Positions 29,536 to 40,113 are shown, numbered from the stretch's first letter. The stretch: 64,000 nucleotides of DNA from Candidatus Aenigmatarchaeota archaeon (GCA_039000165.1 JAWBTW010000001.1:30525-94524); one strand, 5' to 3'. Translations and numbers: made by a program. Notes: a model not told the origin generated them from the sequence alone.

Positions 29536-30384
29536 TTAAGAATGAAAAGCTCCTTCAAAACCTTTAATCAGTTCATCTATATCCTCACCTAAATTCTTAC
29601 CTATGTAACCTCCCTCTAGGACAAAAAAAGTCGGTTTTTTGATCTTTCCTATAATTCTTCCTACTTTTCTATAACAGGTTGAGCTTAATCCTAACGAAGC
29701 CAAATCGCCTTTGTGAGCGTCAAAACCCGCAGAAACTGCCACAAACTCTATTTTACCTAAATCAACTTTTTCTATAGCTTTTTTCAAAGTTTTTAAATAA
29801 ACCTCGTCTCCACATTCTGCCCTTAAAGGAAAATTTAAACAATTTTTCTCAGAGTTGAAGCCTGTTCCTGGATAAAAAGGAAATCTATGTAAAGAGATGA
29901 AGGTAACTTTCTCGTCATCTAAAAAGATTTCTTGTGTACCGTTGCCATGGTGTCCATCTATATCTATAATTAAAGTGTTTAGGTTCATTTTCTTAACAGC
30001 TATTGCTAAATTGTTGAAATAACAAAATCCTCTTGTCGCAGCATTCAAAGCTATTCCATTTTTTCCTGCATGATGTCCAGGAGGTCTCATAAGGGAAAAG
30101 CCGTTAATTTCAGCAGCAAGTATCGCTCCTCCCGCAGAAAGTCTTGCATACTCGTAAATATTGGGATAAGCTGGGGTATCCACATCTTCTATTTCCCCTT
30201 TCTTTACTTTTGCAACATAACTTTTTGTATGGACTCTTAACAAATCTTTTAGAGAAGCTGGTTTTGGTTCTAAAAATTCGTAACCTTTGCTATTAAGAAT
30301 ATTGTAAGCTATTATAATTCTGTCCGGACTTTCAAGATGATATTCACCATATTCTAAACATTTTCTTGAAAATACTATTTTCAT
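29536..30384 (-). CDS. Histone deacetylase-family protein
   Basis: RPPGHHA, GFCYFNN, DIDGHHGNGT, SAGFD, LEGGY. Confidence 0.95.
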   Translation of the reverse strand: MKIVFSRKCLEYGEYHLESPDRIIIAYNILNSKGYEFLEPKPASLKDLLRVHTKSYVAKVKKGEIEDVDTPAYPNIYEYARLSAGGAILAAEINGFSLMRPPGHHAGKNGIALNAATRGFCYFNNLAIAVKKMNLNTLIIDIDGHHGNGTQEIFLDDEKVTFISLHRFPFYPGTGFNSEKNCLNFPLRAECGDEVYLKTLKKAIEKVDLGKIEFVAVSAGFDAHKGDLASLGLSSTCYRKVGRIIGKIKKPTFFVLEGGYIGKNLGEDIDELIKGFEGAFHS

Positions 30385-30445
30385 AAACTCAAGCCATTTT
30401 ATTTTAAGACTTATTGTTTTTAATTTTTAAAGCAATCTTTTTATT

Positions 30446-30682
30446 ATGTATGGGGTTAAAATTTACAAAGTTTCAAAGGAAAAGCTGAGAGGAGCTCTGG
30501 GAAGAGCGTGGCCTTTTAAGGGAATAATAGAAATATCTGCAGAACTTTATGGTTATAAAGAAAAAGAGGTTTTGGAACATGAACTAATGCACATAAAATA
30601 TCCTTTTCTTTCAGAGTATGAAATAAGGATAAGGACAAGGCTTAAACTTATTTCCTTAGGAATAGTTCCCTCTTTTCATTAA
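30446..30682 (+). CDS. Minimal HExxH zincin-like protein
   Basis: VLEHELMH...E. Confidence 0.65.
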   Translation: MYGVKIYKVSKEKLRGALGRAWPFKGIIEISAELYGYKEKEVLEHELMHIKYPFLSEYEIRIRTRLKLISLGIVPSFH

Positions 30683-31179
30683 GCTAGTTGAATTTTCCTT
30701 TTTATCCAGTAGGTTTCCTCTTCGCTTCTTTCCTCTTCCTTCTTTTCCTCTTCCACTTTTTCTTCTCTGGGTTTTTCTTCTGTTGGAGCAAACTCTCTTA
30801 TTTTATTAGCAATACTTTTTATTTCCTCTTCACTCATAGCTATAGGCTGAGCTTCCATTAAAGGAATTTCTTTCTCGAAGATAGGATAAATCCTCACGTG
30901 AAAGTGGGGAACTATTTCCGAATTTATGACCGAGAAGCTTATTTGTCTTGGCCTTAAACTTTTCTTAATCATTTCTGCAACTTTTAAGGCAGAAGAAAAA
31001 ACCTTTGTTGATATCTCAAGATTTTCGTCAAAATTTTGGTAATGTTGTTTAGGAATAACTATGCTCATTCCTACGCTTCTTGGGTTGATGTCAAGAAAAG
31101 CAAGCGTGGCTTCGTCTTCATAAATTATGTTACTCGGAATTAATTTTTTTACTATGTTGCAAAACACGCACTTTTCCAT
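30679..31179 (-). CDS. HIT family protein
   Basis: CVFC, AFLDINP, PHFHVR (third His replaced). Confidence 0.9.
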   Translation of the reverse strand: MEKCVFCNIVKKLIPSNIIYEDEATLAFLDINPRSVGMSIVIPKQHYQNFDENLEISTKVFSSALKVAEMIKKSLRPRQISFSVINSEIVPHFHVRIYPIFEKEIPLMEAQPIAMSEEEIKSIANKIREFAPTEEKPREEKVEEEKKEEERSEEETYWIKRKIQLA

Positions 31180-31284
31180 AGTTTTAAATTCCTTTCCCGA
31201 GTTATAAATTTATTGCCTCGAATTAAACTTTTATTTATTTGCATATAAACATTATAAATCAAAAAAGTCTAGAAAGGTGGAAAA

Positions 31285-32265
31285 GTGGTTAAAGAAAGTA
31301 AACCAAGGAGCGGAAGTTTAGCCTTTTACCCAAGAAAAAGAGCTAGAAGAATCTATCCAAGAATCAAAACTTATCCAGAATCCGAAAAAGCTAAAATTCT
31401 TGCGTTTGCTGGTTATAAAGTTGGGATGGCTCAGGCTATCGTGGTTGATACAAGAAAGGAATCACCCACTTTCGGTCAAGAAATTTCTGTTCCAGTAACC
31501 ATACTGGATTGCCCTCCTCTTAAGGTTGTAGGAATAAGGGCGTACCAACAAACAAAAAAAGGTTTAAAAGTGTTTACAGAAGCTTGGACAAAAGATTTGC
31601 CAAAGGATTTGGAAAGAAAAGTAAAAGTTAAGCCAAAAGAGGAAAATCTAAAAAAAATTGAAGAAAATATCGATAAGGTTTCTAAGATAAGATTGATAGT
31701 TTGCACTCAACCAAGAATTTCTGGGGTAAAAAAGAAAAAGCCAGAAGTTTTTGAGATAGAAGTTGGTGGGAAAGACGTAAAAGAAAAGTTTGAGTTTTCA
31801 AAAAGCTTGTTCGGAAAAGAAATAAGCGTAAAAGATTTTGTTAGAGAAGGCGAGCTTGTTGATGTTATAGCAGTAACAAAGGGAAAAGGTTTTGCTGGTC
31901 CAGTAAAAAGGTTTGGTGTTAAAATTCAAGTGAGACACGCGAAAAAAAAGAGAAGGCATGTTGGTACTTTAGGTTCACAAGTTCCAAGAAGGGTTTTGTA
32001 TACAGTACCCCAAGCAGGCCAGCTAGGTTTCCAAACGAGAACAGAGTTCAACAAAAGAGTTTTGAAGGTTGGAGAAAACGGAAAAGAAATAACTCCAAAA
32101 GGAGGGTTTGTAAGGTATGGAATATTGGGTTCACACTATATTTTACTTCAAGGCTCTGTTCCCGGGCCTAGAAAAAGGTTAATAATGCTTAGGCATGCTA
32201 TAAGGCCAGGAAGAGTTAAGTTCCTTCCTGTAGAAATAAAGGAAATAGTAGTAAAAAGTGGTTAA
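31285..32265 (+). CDS. rpl3: 50S ribosomal protein L3
   Basis: PRSGSLAFYPRKR, GYKVGM, TKGKGFAGPVKRFG. Confidence 0.98.
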   Translation: MVKESKPRSGSLAFYPRKRARRIYPRIKTYPESEKAKILAFAGYKVGMAQAIVVDTRKESPTFGQEISVPVTILDCPPLKVVGIRAYQQTKKGLKVFTEAWTKDLPKDLERKVKVKPKEENLKKIEENIDKVSKIRLIVCTQPRISGVKKKKPEVFEIEVGGKDVKEKFEFSKSLFGKEISVKDFVREGELVDVIAVTKGKGFAGPVKRFGVKIQVRHAKKKRRHVGTLGSQVPRRVLYTVPQAGQLGFQTRTEFNKRVLKVGENGKEITPKGGFVRYGILGSHYILLQGSVPGPRKRLIMLRHAIRPGRVKFLPVEIKEIVVKSG

Positions 32266-32617
32266 AATGGATGAAATAGAAGAATTGACAAAAAAAATCG
32301 TTGAGTTTAGAGATAAAAGAGATTGGAAAAAGTTTCACACTTTTAAAGATTTAGCCATAGACATTTCTGTAGAGGCTGCAGAACTTTTGGAAATATTTTT
32401 ATGGAAAAAAGAAAACGAACTAGAAAAAGTTGTAAAAGAAAAAAGAGAGGAAATAAAGGAAGAGTTAGCAGACGTTTTAATTTCATCATTTCTTTTGGCG
32501 CATGATTTGGGTTTGGATGTTTATGAAATAGTTAAGGAAAAAATTAAGAAAAATGAAATAAAGTATCCAGTAGAAAAATTTAAAGGTGTGGCTAAAAAAT
32601 ACAGCGAAGTGGTATAA
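32258..32617 (+). CDS. MazG-like nucleotide pyrophosphohydrolase (start may be ATG 32267)
   Basis: FRDKRDWKKFH..KDLA..ISVEAAELLE...EELADV...KNEIKYP. Confidence 0.92.
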   Translation: MVKMDEIEELTKKIVEFRDKRDWKKFHTFKDLAIDISVEAAELLEIFLWKKENELEKVVKEKREEIKEELADVLISSFLLAHDLGLDVYEIVKEKIKKNEIKYPVEKFKGVAKKYSEVV

Positions 32618-33423
32618 TGAAAGCAAACGTTTTTGATTTAGAAGGGAATGTTGTAGAAAAAGTAGAATTACCTAAGATTTTTGAGGAAAAGGTTAGAGAA
32701 GACTTGATACTTAGAGCTTTTCTAGCTACTATGAGCAAGAAAAGACAACCTTATGGCACGGATGTAATGGCAGGGAAAAGAAGTTCGGCACATTATCATG
32801 GAGTGAGAAGAGAAAGATGGACTATGATGAATCGTGAAATGGCAAGAATGCCTCGTTTACACGGAAAAATTTCTCCTCATCTGATGTGGCGGGCAAGGTT
32901 TGTGCCCCAAGCAGTCAAAGGAAGAGAAGCTCATCCGCCAAAAGTTGAAAAAATTTGGGAACAGAAAATAAATAAAAAGGAAAGAAGAAAAGCTATTCGT
33001 TCAGCAATAGCTGCCACTGCGATTAAGGATTTGGTCCTGAAAAGGGGACATAAAGTTGAAAAAATAGAGGTGCCTATAGTTGTTGAAGACAAAATCCAGG
33101 AAGTAAAGAAAAGTAAGGAGCTTGAGGAATTTCTCAAAAAAATTGGTCTAGAGGAGGAGCTTAAAAGAATAAGGAAAAAAAAGGTAAGAGCAGGAAAAGG
33201 AAAGATGAGAGGGAGAAAATACAGAAGAAAAGTTGGACCTTTGATAGTTATAGCAGAAGATAAAGGAATAGTTAAAGCTGCTAAAAACTTACCTGGAATA
33301 GATGTCTGTAGAGTTGAAAATTTGTCTGTTGAAATGCTTGCTCCTGGAGCACATGTTGGCAGATTGACTATATGGACAAAATCGGCTTTGGAGAGATTGG
33401 GTGAGAAAGGTGGATCCTTATAA
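32617..33423 (+). CDS. rpl4: 50S ribosomal protein L4
   Basis: [32 protein letters not shown]. Confidence 0.97.
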   Translation: MKANVFDLEGNVVEKVELPKIFEEKVREDLILRAFLATMSKKRQPYGTDVMAGKRSSAHYHGVRRERWTMMNREMARMPRLHGKISPHLMWRARFVPQAVKGREAHPPKVEKIWEQKINKKERRKAIRSAIAATAIKDLVLKRGHKVEKIEVPIVVEDKIQEVKKSKELEEFLKKIGLEEELKRIRKKKVRAGKGKMRGRKYRRKVGPLIVIAEDKGIVKAAKNLPGIDVCRVENLSVEMLAPGAHVGRLTIWTKSALERLGEKGGSL

Positions 33424-33670
33424 AATTTTACGTTATCCTTATTTAACAGAAAAATCGATAAGTTTGGTGGAGAAGGAAAATAAAATAGTTTTTATAGTAG
33501 ACAGGAGAGCTACAAAAAAGCAAATTAAAGAAGCTTTCGAAAAACTTTTTGAGGTAAAAGTTGAAAAAGTTAACACAGAAATAACTTTAAAAGGAGAGAA
33601 AAAAGCTTATATAAAATTGAAGCCTGAGTATAAGGCTATAGACGTTGCGATGAAACTTGGAATGGTCTAA
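33401..33670 (+). CDS. rpl23: 50S ribosomal protein L23
   Basis: PYLTEK, VFIVD, KKAYIKL. Confidence 0.96.
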   Translation: MRKVDPYKILRYPYLTEKSISLVEKENKIVFIVDRRATKKQIKEAFEKLFEVKVEKVNTEITLKGEKKAYIKLKPEYKAIDVAMKLGMV

Positions 33671-33679
33671 GGTGTAACT

Positions 33680-34384
33680 ATGGGGAAGAGAATAATAGCA
33701 AGGGCAAGAGGAAAAGGTGGTCCAAGGTATAGGGCGCCAAGTCATAGATATTTGGGTAGAGTAACTTATGCTCCTGTCACTGGAATTTCAGGTAAAGTTT
33801 TAGACATAGTTCATGACCCAGCTCGTTCAGCTCCTGTTGCAATAATCAAATTGGAAGATGGGAGAGAAGTTTTACATATTGCTCCAGAAGGTCTAAGAGC
33901 AGGAGACTTAATAGCTTACGATGGTGAACCAAAGGTTGGCAATGTTTTGCCTTTAGAAAAAATTCCTGAAGGAACAAAGATTTGTTGTATAGAAACATAC
34001 CCTGGTTCCGGACCTAAGCTTTGTAGGAGCTCTGGTAGCTTCTCTATAGTTTTAGGAAAAACAAAAGATAAGGTTAAGGTTCAGTTTCCTTCTGGCAAAA
34101 TAAGAGAGCTTGATAAGGATTGTAGAGCAATGATAGGTGTGCCAGCAGGAGGGGGAAGAATTGAAAAACCATTCATTAAAGCAGGAAAAAAGTTTTATGC
34201 TATGAAAGCAAGGGGAAAGTTATGGCCAAGAGTTAAAGGCGTAGTTATGTCACCAGTTGACCATCCTTATGGAGGAAAAAGTCATAGACCAAGACCAAGC
34301 AAAACTGTTTCAAGACATGCTCCTCCGGGAGCAAAGGTGGGAAGTATTGCTGCAAGAAGAACAGGGAGAAAGAAGGGGAGTTAA
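33680..34384 (+). CDS. rpl2: 50S ribosomal protein L2
   Basis: MGKRI, HDPAR, WPRVKG, DHPYGG. Confidence 0.98.
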   Translation: MGKRIIARARGKGGPRYRAPSHRYLGRVTYAPVTGISGKVLDIVHDPARSAPVAIIKLEDGREVLHIAPEGLRAGDLIAYDGEPKVGNVLPLEKIPEGTKICCIETYPGSGPKLCRSSGSFSIVLGKTKDKVKVQFPSGKIRELDKDCRAMIGVPAGGGRIEKPFIKAGKKFYAMKARGKLWPRVKGVVMSPVDHPYGGKSHRPRPSKTVSRHAPPGAKVGSIAARRTGRKKGS

Positions 34385-34385
34385 A

Positions 34386-34655
34386 ATGAATAAGTACTTG
34401 GAAAAAATTTTAGGAGTATACGGAGAAACTAAAGAAAAAGTTGAAAAGGATTTCTGGAAAAAAGAGGTACCATTGTCTTTGGCTTTTTGCGTAGCATCAA
34501 TTGTTTATCCCTATTTTGGTTTTCTTTCGATGTATTTTTCGATTCGTGGAATAGCACACGTGGAAAAACTAAGAAGGTTAAAGTATAAAAGTTATGAAGA
34601 AGAAGCTAAAAAATGGGAAGGAAAGATAAGAACTTTACTTTCTAAGGTGGAATAA
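34386..34655 (+). CDS. Hypothetical membrane protein inserted in the r-protein operon
   Basis: ATG at 34386 after GGGGAG; hydrophobic core; abuts S19 start. Confidence 0.6.
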   Translation: MNKYLEKILGVYGETKEKVEKDFWKKEVPLSLAFCVASIVYPYFGFLSMYFSIRGIAHVEKLRRLKYKSYEEEAKKWEGKIRTLLSKVE

Positions 34656-35060
34656 ATGGCAAAAGTATTTACTTATAGGGGCTACACCTTAGAAGAACTT
34701 AAAAAAATGAGTATAAACGAGTTCGCTAAGCTTTTGACTGCTAGAGAAAGGAGAAGTCTTCTTAGAGGACTTACAGAAAGGCAGAAGAAGTTGTTAGAAG
34801 AAATAAGGAAAAACCCTGACAAATTTCATAAAACTCACGAAAGGGATATGATCATTCTTCCTGAAATGGTTGGTGCAAAGATTGGAGTTTACGTTGGTGG
34901 TGCAAAAAAAGGAGAAAGTGGGAAGTGGGCGCCAGTAGTAATTACGCCAGAAATGATTGGTCATAGGCTTGGTGAATTTGCCCCAACTTGTAAAAGAGTA
35001 AAGCATTCAGCTCCTGGTGTTGGAGCTACTCGTGGTTCAAAGCACGTGGCAATAAAGTGA
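34656..35060 (+). CDS. rps19: 30S ribosomal protein S19
   Basis: [24 protein letters not shown]. Confidence 0.97.
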   Translation: MAKVFTYRGYTLEELKKMSINEFAKLLTARERRSLLRGLTERQKKLLEEIRKNPDKFHKTHERDMIILPEMVGAKIGVYVGGAKKGESGKWAPVVITPEMIGHRLGEFAPTCKRVKHSAPGVGATRGSKHVAIK

Positions 35061-35064
35061 TTTT

Positions 35065-35424
35065 ATGAAAACAGCTTCTGCTTTGCTAGAAGATGCAAGA
35101 GTTTCTCTCGAGCATTGTGTAATTATTTGCAGAGAGTTGAAGAATAAAAAAGTTGGGGAAGCAAAAAAATTCCTAGAAATGCTCATAGATAAAAAAATTA
35201 GTTTGAACGGAAAGTATTATACTAAAGCTGCAAAACAAATTCTTGAAATTTTAAAGAGTGCTGAGGCAAATGCAAAAGTAAAAAACTTAAACCAAGAAAA
35301 ACTTTTTATTAAAGTTGCGAAAGCTGATAAGGGAAGAGTGTTTATTAGGCCAAAATCAAGATGGCGTTTTAGAGGAAGGAAAGCAAAGGTTACGAGAATA
35401 GAAATAATTTTGGGTGAAAGATAA
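35065..35424 (+). CDS. rpl22: 50S ribosomal protein L22 (short form)
   Basis: KAAKQILEILKSAEANA; position between S19 and S3. Confidence 0.92.
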   Translation: MKTASALLEDARVSLEHCVIICRELKNKKVGEAKKFLEMLIDKKISLNGKYYTKAAKQILEILKSAEANAKVKNLNQEKLFIKVAKADKGRVFIRPKSRWRFRGRKAKVTRIEIILGER

Positions 35425-36098
35425 TGGCAGTAGAGAAGCTTTTTGTGAAAGAAGGAATAAAGGAAGCACAAATAGAGGAGTTTTTAGCCAAAAAGTTTGA
35501 GAAAGCTGGTTATAGCCATACAGATATCCAAAGAACTCCTTTGGGTGTTAGGATTATAGTTTATGCTCATAAGCCTGGTTTAGTTGTAGGAAAATCAGGA
35601 AAAAAAATAAAGGATATAACAGAAGAGTTAAAGGAAAAATTTAACTTGGAAAACCCTCTCTTGGATGTTAGAGAAGTTGAAAATCCTTTGCTAGATGCTA
35701 ATATAGTTGCTAGAAGAGTAGCAAAAGCTATAGAAAAAGGTGTAAACTTCAAGAAGGTTGCGAACTATTATGTACAAAAAGTGATGGAAGCTGGAGCCAT
35801 AGGAGTACAAATAAGGATAGGGGGGAAGCTTGCAGGAAAAGAAAGAAGTAGGTTCCAAAAGTTTAAAAAAGGTTTCGTTGCTTTTTCCGGAGATTATGCT
35901 GAAACTTTAGTTGATGTAGGTTATGCTCAAGCTATGATTAAACCAGGAATAGTTGGAATTAAGGTCCATATAATGAGAGAGGCCCCCAAAGAGTTGGAGT
36001 TTGAGAAAGGAATAAAAAAGGAAAAAGAATTTAAAGCAGCAGAAGAAATAGAAAAGAAGGAGGAAAGTGGTGAGGAAAAGCCTTCAAGTGAAAAATAA
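35424..36098 (+). CDS. rps3: 30S ribosomal protein S3
   Basis: AGYS, RTPLG, KPGLVVGKSG, GIVGIKV. Confidence 0.97.
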   Translation: MAVEKLFVKEGIKEAQIEEFLAKKFEKAGYSHTDIQRTPLGVRIIVYAHKPGLVVGKSGKKIKDITEELKEKFNLENPLLDVREVENPLLDANIVARRVAKAIEKGVNFKKVANYYVQKVMEAGAIGVQIRIGGKLAGKERSRFQKFKKGFVAFSGDYAETLVDVGYAQAMIKPGIVGIKVHIMREAPKELEFEKGIKKEKEFKAAEEIEKKEESGEEKPSSEK

Positions 36099-36140
36099 AT
36101 TTTTTAAATCCTTCTATATTTTTAAGGGTTAGTTTGCATT

Positions 36141-36350
36141 ATGGTAGAACTTAAAGCCAAGCAGTTAAGAGAAATGAAACTTGAAGATTTGAATAAAAAG
36201 CTTTCTGAGTTGAGATTAGAGCTTATGAAAGAAATAGCGAACGCAAAACTCGGAAGACCTGTTAAAAATCCTGGAAAGATTAGGGAATTGAAAAAAGCCA
36301 TAGCAAGGATTTTGACCATTAAAAAAGAAAAGAGTGGAGGAAAGAAGTAA
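36141..36350 (+). CDS. rpl29: 50S ribosomal protein L29
   Basis: LREM...NPGKIRELKKAIARILT. Confidence 0.96.
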   Translation: MVELKAKQLREMKLEDLNKKLSELRLELMKEIANAKLGRPVKNPGKIRELKKAIARILTIKKEKSGGKK

Positions 36351-36352
36351 AA

Positions 36353-36652
36353 ATGCCGGAAGTTTGCCCAAAGTGTGGACTTCCCGTTGAATTGTGTGTT
36401 TGTAAAACAATAGAAAGAGAAACAGAAAAAATCAGAGTGTTCATAGAGAGAAGAAGGTTTGACAAACCAATAACAATAATAGAAGGAATAAAAGAAAATG
36501 CAAAAGAAATAACTTCTCACCTTAAACAGAAGCTTGCTTGTGGAGGAACTTTCAAGAAAGGACATATCGAGCTTCAAGGCGATCACAGAGCAAAAATAAA
36601 GGAGCTTTTAGTTAAACTTGGATATTCAGAAGATTTAATTGAAATAATGTAG
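36353..36652 (+). CDS. sui1: Translation initiation factor aIF1 (SUI1)
   Basis: CPKCGLPVELCVC, LKQKLACGGT, IELQGDH. Confidence 0.97.
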   Translation: MPEVCPKCGLPVELCVCKTIERETEKIRVFIERRRFDKPITIIEGIKENAKEITSHLKQKLACGGTFKKGHIELQGDHRAKIKELLVKLGYSEDLIEIM

Positions 36653-36926
36653 CTTAAAGAAACAGCTCTATTTCAACAATGTTTTTCAGTTCACTTAGGG
36701 CTAACTTTGAAATTTTTGTTAAAATAAATTTTCTGTGAGTTATGTAAAATGTTGAAGTTGCAGCTCCCTGTCAGCTTTAAGCTTTCTTAAACTCTTGGGG
36801 ATTGAACTTTTCTAAAGAGGTTGCTCTGGAAACGACGCTTCCAAATAGCTTGCGTGATAAAACCGAACCCAAAAATGAATTTGAATCGAAGACAAGAGTT
36901 AAATTAAGCGTTGAGTAATTAATAAT

Positions 36927-37211
36927 ATGCCAATTACTCCGGAAAACTTAGTTAGGCATGAGCTTATAGGTTTAGAAGTAAAAATCAAAGAGAGTACAGA
37001 CCCAACTCTTAAGAACCTGAAAGGTAGAATAATAGACGAAACTTATAACACTTTTAGGATAGAAACTAAGGAGGGAAAAGAAAAGGTTATCCCTAAAAAG
37101 AATTGTATATTTATATTTGTTCTGCCTAATAAAACAAAAGTACAAGTTGATGGTCGGATATTGGTGGCAAGACCAGAAGATAGGATAAAAAAGAAGTTTA
37201 AGAGATGGTAG
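36927..37211 (+). CDS. rnp1: RNase P protein component Rpp29
   Basis: HELIGL, GRIIDET, RPEDR. Confidence 0.95.
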   Translation: MPITPENLVRHELIGLEVKIKESTDPTLKNLKGRIIDETYNTFRIETKEGKEKVIPKKNCIFIFVLPNKTKVQVDGRILVARPEDRIKKKFKRW

Positions 37212-37537
37212 GGATGAGAGACATTGGCATAGACGTTAAGCCTCCAGAAAAGGAATGTAACGATGAAAAATGCCCCTTCCATGGAAGGCTAAAGATTAGA
37301 GGTAAGATTCTTGAAGGAAAGGTAGTATCAGCTAAGGCACAAAAAACAGTGATAGTTGAAAGAGACTATCTTCTGTACATCCCAAAGTATGAAAGATATG
37401 AAAGGAGAAGGTCAAGAATTCCGGCTTATAATCCTGAATGTATAAACGCAAAGGAAGGTGACACAGTAAAGATAGCAGAATGCAGACCATTAAGCAAAAC
37501 AAAAAGCTTTGTTGTGATAGAAGTTGTACGAAAGTGA
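37205..37537 (+). CDS. rps17: 30S ribosomal protein S17
   Basis: [22 protein letters not shown]. Confidence 0.97.
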   Translation: MVGMRDIGIDVKPPEKECNDEKCPFHGRLKIRGKILEGKVVSAKAQKTVIVERDYLLYIPKYERYERRRSRIPAYNPECINAKEGDTVKIAECRPLSKTKSFVVIEVVRK

Positions 37538-37832
37538 GAGTATGAGTTTTATCGAACCTACTTTTAAAAAAATAATATTGGAACTTTATCAAAAGGAAAG
37601 GTTAACCAAAGATGAAATAGCAGCAATAATCGAACCTCAACTTAAAAATTTTCCTTCAGAAACAAAAAAAGTTGAAGCTTACAGAAGTGCAAATGCTTAT
37701 GCTAGATTCTTGGAAAAGGCTAATTATGCTATTAGATTTAGCCATAAAGGAAGAGATTATACCTTGCAGATTACAAAAAAAGGCAAAGAGGCTGCTAAAA
37801 AATTAAAGGCGATGAAAAATGAAAGCAGTTAA
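37524..37832 (+). CDS. Putative winged-helix protein inserted in the r-protein operon (start may be 37542)
   Basis: LT.DEIA...FLEKANYA...LQITKKGKE wHTH-like. Confidence 0.6.
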   Translation: MYESESMSFIEPTFKKIILELYQKERLTKDEIAAIIEPQLKNFPSETKKVEAYRSANAYARFLEKANYAIRFSHKGRDYTLQITKKGKEAAKKLKAMKNESS

Positions 37833-38217
37833 AGCAAGGGTAACAAAAGCTTTGAACGTTGGAAGTTATGTAGTTTGCGCAGACAATACAGGAGCGAAAC
37901 TTTTGAAAATAATTTCAGTTTTTGGCTATAAAGGAAGGAGAAGAAGACAACCAAAGGCAGGAGTTGGGGATATGGTTAAAGTAACGGTAAAAGAAGGGGA
38001 TGTAAAAATAAGAAAACAAGTTCTAAACGCTGTAATAATAAGACAAAAAGCTGAGTATAGGAGATTAGAAGGGATAAGAGTTAAGTTTGAGGACAACGCT
38101 GCGGTGATAGTAGATGAGAATGGTGAACCAAAAGGAACCGAAATCAAAGGACCCGTAGCAAGAGAGGCTGTTGAAAGGTTTTCAGGAATAGGTAAGATTG
38201 CAAGTATGGTGGTATAA
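37819..38217 (+). CDS. rpl14: 50S ribosomal protein L14
   Basis: [20 protein letters not shown]. Confidence 0.98.
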   Translation: MKAVKARVTKALNVGSYVVCADNTGAKLLKIISVFGYKGRRRRQPKAGVGDMVKVTVKEGDVKIRKQVLNAVIIRQKAEYRRLEGIRVKFEDNAAVIVDENGEPKGTEIKGPVAREAVERFSGIGKIASMVV

Positions 38218-38592
38218 ATGAAACCAAAATCAAAGAAACCAAGAAAACAAAGAAAATTTTTGTACAAAGCTCCCTTACACTTAAGAAGAAAGATGATTTC
38301 TGCTCATTTGTCAAAGGAGCTAAGAGAGAAATATAAAACAAGGAGTTTACCGCTGAGGAAAGGCGATGAAGTTGAAATAATGAGGGGTGAATTCAAAAAA
38401 AGAAGAGGGAAAGTTTCTAGAATAGACACAAAAAAATATAAAGTCTATATAGAAGGGGTAACCAGAAAAAGAACTGATGGTACAGAAAGGCAAGTCCCAA
38501 TCCATCCTTCAAACCTAAGAATAATAAATTTAAACCTTGAGGATAAAAGAAGAGTTAAAATACTAGAAAGAAAAATGAAGGGAAAAGAATGA
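38218..38592 (+). CDS. rpl24: 50S ribosomal protein L24
   Basis: [22 protein letters not shown]. Confidence 0.97.
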   Translation: MKPKSKKPRKQRKFLYKAPLHLRRKMISAHLSKELREKYKTRSLPLRKGDEVEIMRGEFKKRRGKVSRIDTKKYKVYIEGVTRKRTDGTERQVPIHPSNLRIINLNLEDKRRVKILERKMKGKE

Positions 38593-39272
38593 AACTTAAA
38601 AGATTGCTTGCCCCAGAGTTTTGGAAACAGCCTAAGAAAGTTTTTAAATTTACTGTAAGCCCTAGACCTGGACCGCATAAAAAGTTTGAGTGTATACCTT
38701 TGTTAATAATAGTAAGAGATATACTAAAGCTTGCAGAAACTGGGAAAGAAGCAAAAAGGATAATTAAAAATGGGGAAATTTTAGTTGATGGTAGAAAAAG
38801 AAAAGATCATGCTTACCCTGTAGGGTTAATGGACGTTGTTTCTATCCCTAAGATAGATAGACATTTTAGAATTCTGCCAGGACTAAAAGGATTAGAAGTT
38901 GTTGAAATAGGTAAGGAAGAAGCGAACCAAAAGCTTTGTAGGATAAACAATAAAACAGCAGTTAAAGGTGGGAAAATTCAACTCAACCTCCATGACGGAA
39001 GGAACATTCTGATAGAAAAGGAAAAAGATGAATATAAAACTGGAGATTCTGTTTTGATAGAAGTACCTTCTCAAAGGATTTTAAAGCACATCAGGCTTAA
39101 ACCTGGTTCAATAGGAATAATTTTGAAAGGACAAAACTCAGGAAAAAGAGCAAAAGTAGAAGAAATAATAGAGAGAAGAAGCCTGAAAGAATCTAAGAAA
39201 ATTATTTGTAGTTTGGAGGATAAAAAAGTTGAGATAAGTAAAGACTATTTCTTTGTAATAGAAGAGGGATAA
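38589..39272 (+). CDS. rps4e: 30S ribosomal protein S4e
   Basis: [26 protein letters not shown]. Confidence 0.97.
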   Translation: MKLKRLLAPEFWKQPKKVFKFTVSPRPGPHKKFECIPLLIIVRDILKLAETGKEAKRIIKNGEILVDGRKRKDHAYPVGLMDVVSIPKIDRHFRILPGLKGLEVVEIGKEEANQKLCRINNKTAVKGGKIQLNLHDGRNILIEKEKDEYKTGDSVLIEVPSQRILKHIRLKPGSIGIILKGQNSGKRAKVEEIIERRSLKESKKIICSLEDKKVEISKDYFFVIEEG

Positions 39273-39273
39273 G

Positions 39274-39783
39274 ATGGGAGAAAATCCTATGAGGAAAATA
39301 AGAATAGAGAAAGTAACTTTAAACGTGGGTTGTGCGGCTGATGTTCAAAAAATAGAAAGGGCAAAAAAGCTTTTAGAATACTTGACTGGAAGAAAAGCTG
39401 TTGTAACGAAATCTAAAAGAAGAAGCACTTTTGGAGTAGCAAAAGGAAAGCCAGTTGGGGTAAAAGTAACTTTAAGGAAAGAGAAGGCTTTGGAATTTTT
39501 AAAGAAGGCTTTGGAAGCTGTAGATAAAAAGATTGAAGCTTCCAAGTTTGATAAGGATGGGAATTTTAGTTTTGGGATTAAAGAGTACATAGAAATTCCA
39601 GGTGTGAAATATTCGCATGAAATTGGAATGCTTGGTTTGGATGTTTGCGTAACTCTGGAAAGGCCAGGCTTTAGGATTAAAAGGAGAAGAATACAAAAAA
39701 GAAAAATTCCTAAGGAGCATAGAATAACAAGGGAAGAGGCTATGGAATGGATTAAAAAAAACTTTGGGGTTGAGATAATTTGA
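39274..39783 (+). CDS. rpl5: 50S ribosomal protein L5
   Basis: NPMRKIRIEKVTLN, GNFSFGI, LERPGFR. Confidence 0.97.
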   Translation: MGENPMRKIRIEKVTLNVGCAADVQKIERAKKLLEYLTGRKAVVTKSKRRSTFGVAKGKPVGVKVTLRKEKALEFLKKALEAVDKKIEASKFDKDGNFSFGIKEYIEIPGVKYSHEIGMLGLDVCVTLERPGFRIKRRRIQKRKIPKEHRITREEAMEWIKKNFGVEII

Positions 39784-39800
39784 ACGAGATTAAACTTTTG

Positions 39801-39941
39801 ATGCTAACAACAAAAATAAACGGAATATTGCTTAAAAAGGCAGAAATAGAGAAAAGCTTAGAAGTTTACGCGCATTTGCTTGAAATTCCCGTAGAAAGTG
39901 AAGAAAATATAATAGAAATTTTAGGAAACATGGGTGGTTAA
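39801..39941 (+). CDS. 46-aa hypothetical ORF between L5 and S14
   Basis: manual translation MLTTKINGILLKKAEIEK...NMGG*; stop abuts the S14 ATG. Confidence 0.45.
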   Translation: MLTTKINGILLKKAEIEKSLEVYAHLLEIPVESEENIIEILGNMGG

Positions 39942-40082
39942 ATGAAAAAGTATGGAAGGGCAACAAGACCTTGTAAGAGATGCGGAAAAACAAAAGGGGT
40001 AATTAGAAAGTATGGGTTGTACTATTGTAGACAATGTTTTAGGGAGATAGCAAAGAAAATTGGGTTTAAAAAGTATTCGTAA
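39942..40082 (+). CDS. rps14: 30S ribosomal protein S14 (Zn type), missed by ORF track
   Basis: [46 protein letters not shown]. Confidence 0.97.
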   Translation: MKKYGRATRPCKRCGKTKGVIRKYGLYYCRQCFREIAKKIGFKKYS

Positions 40083-40113
40083 AGATTAAAATTATGAAAA
40101 ACAATTCTATAAT

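Noticed and set aside
31281..32266. 13-bp direct repeat AAAAGTGGTTAAA at both ends of rpl3
   Set aside because: Both copies are start/RBS regions in AT-rich DNA; no sign of a target-site duplication.
36653..36926. RNase P RNA gene next to rpp29
   Set aside because: AT-rich and lacks recognisable conserved P4 motifs.
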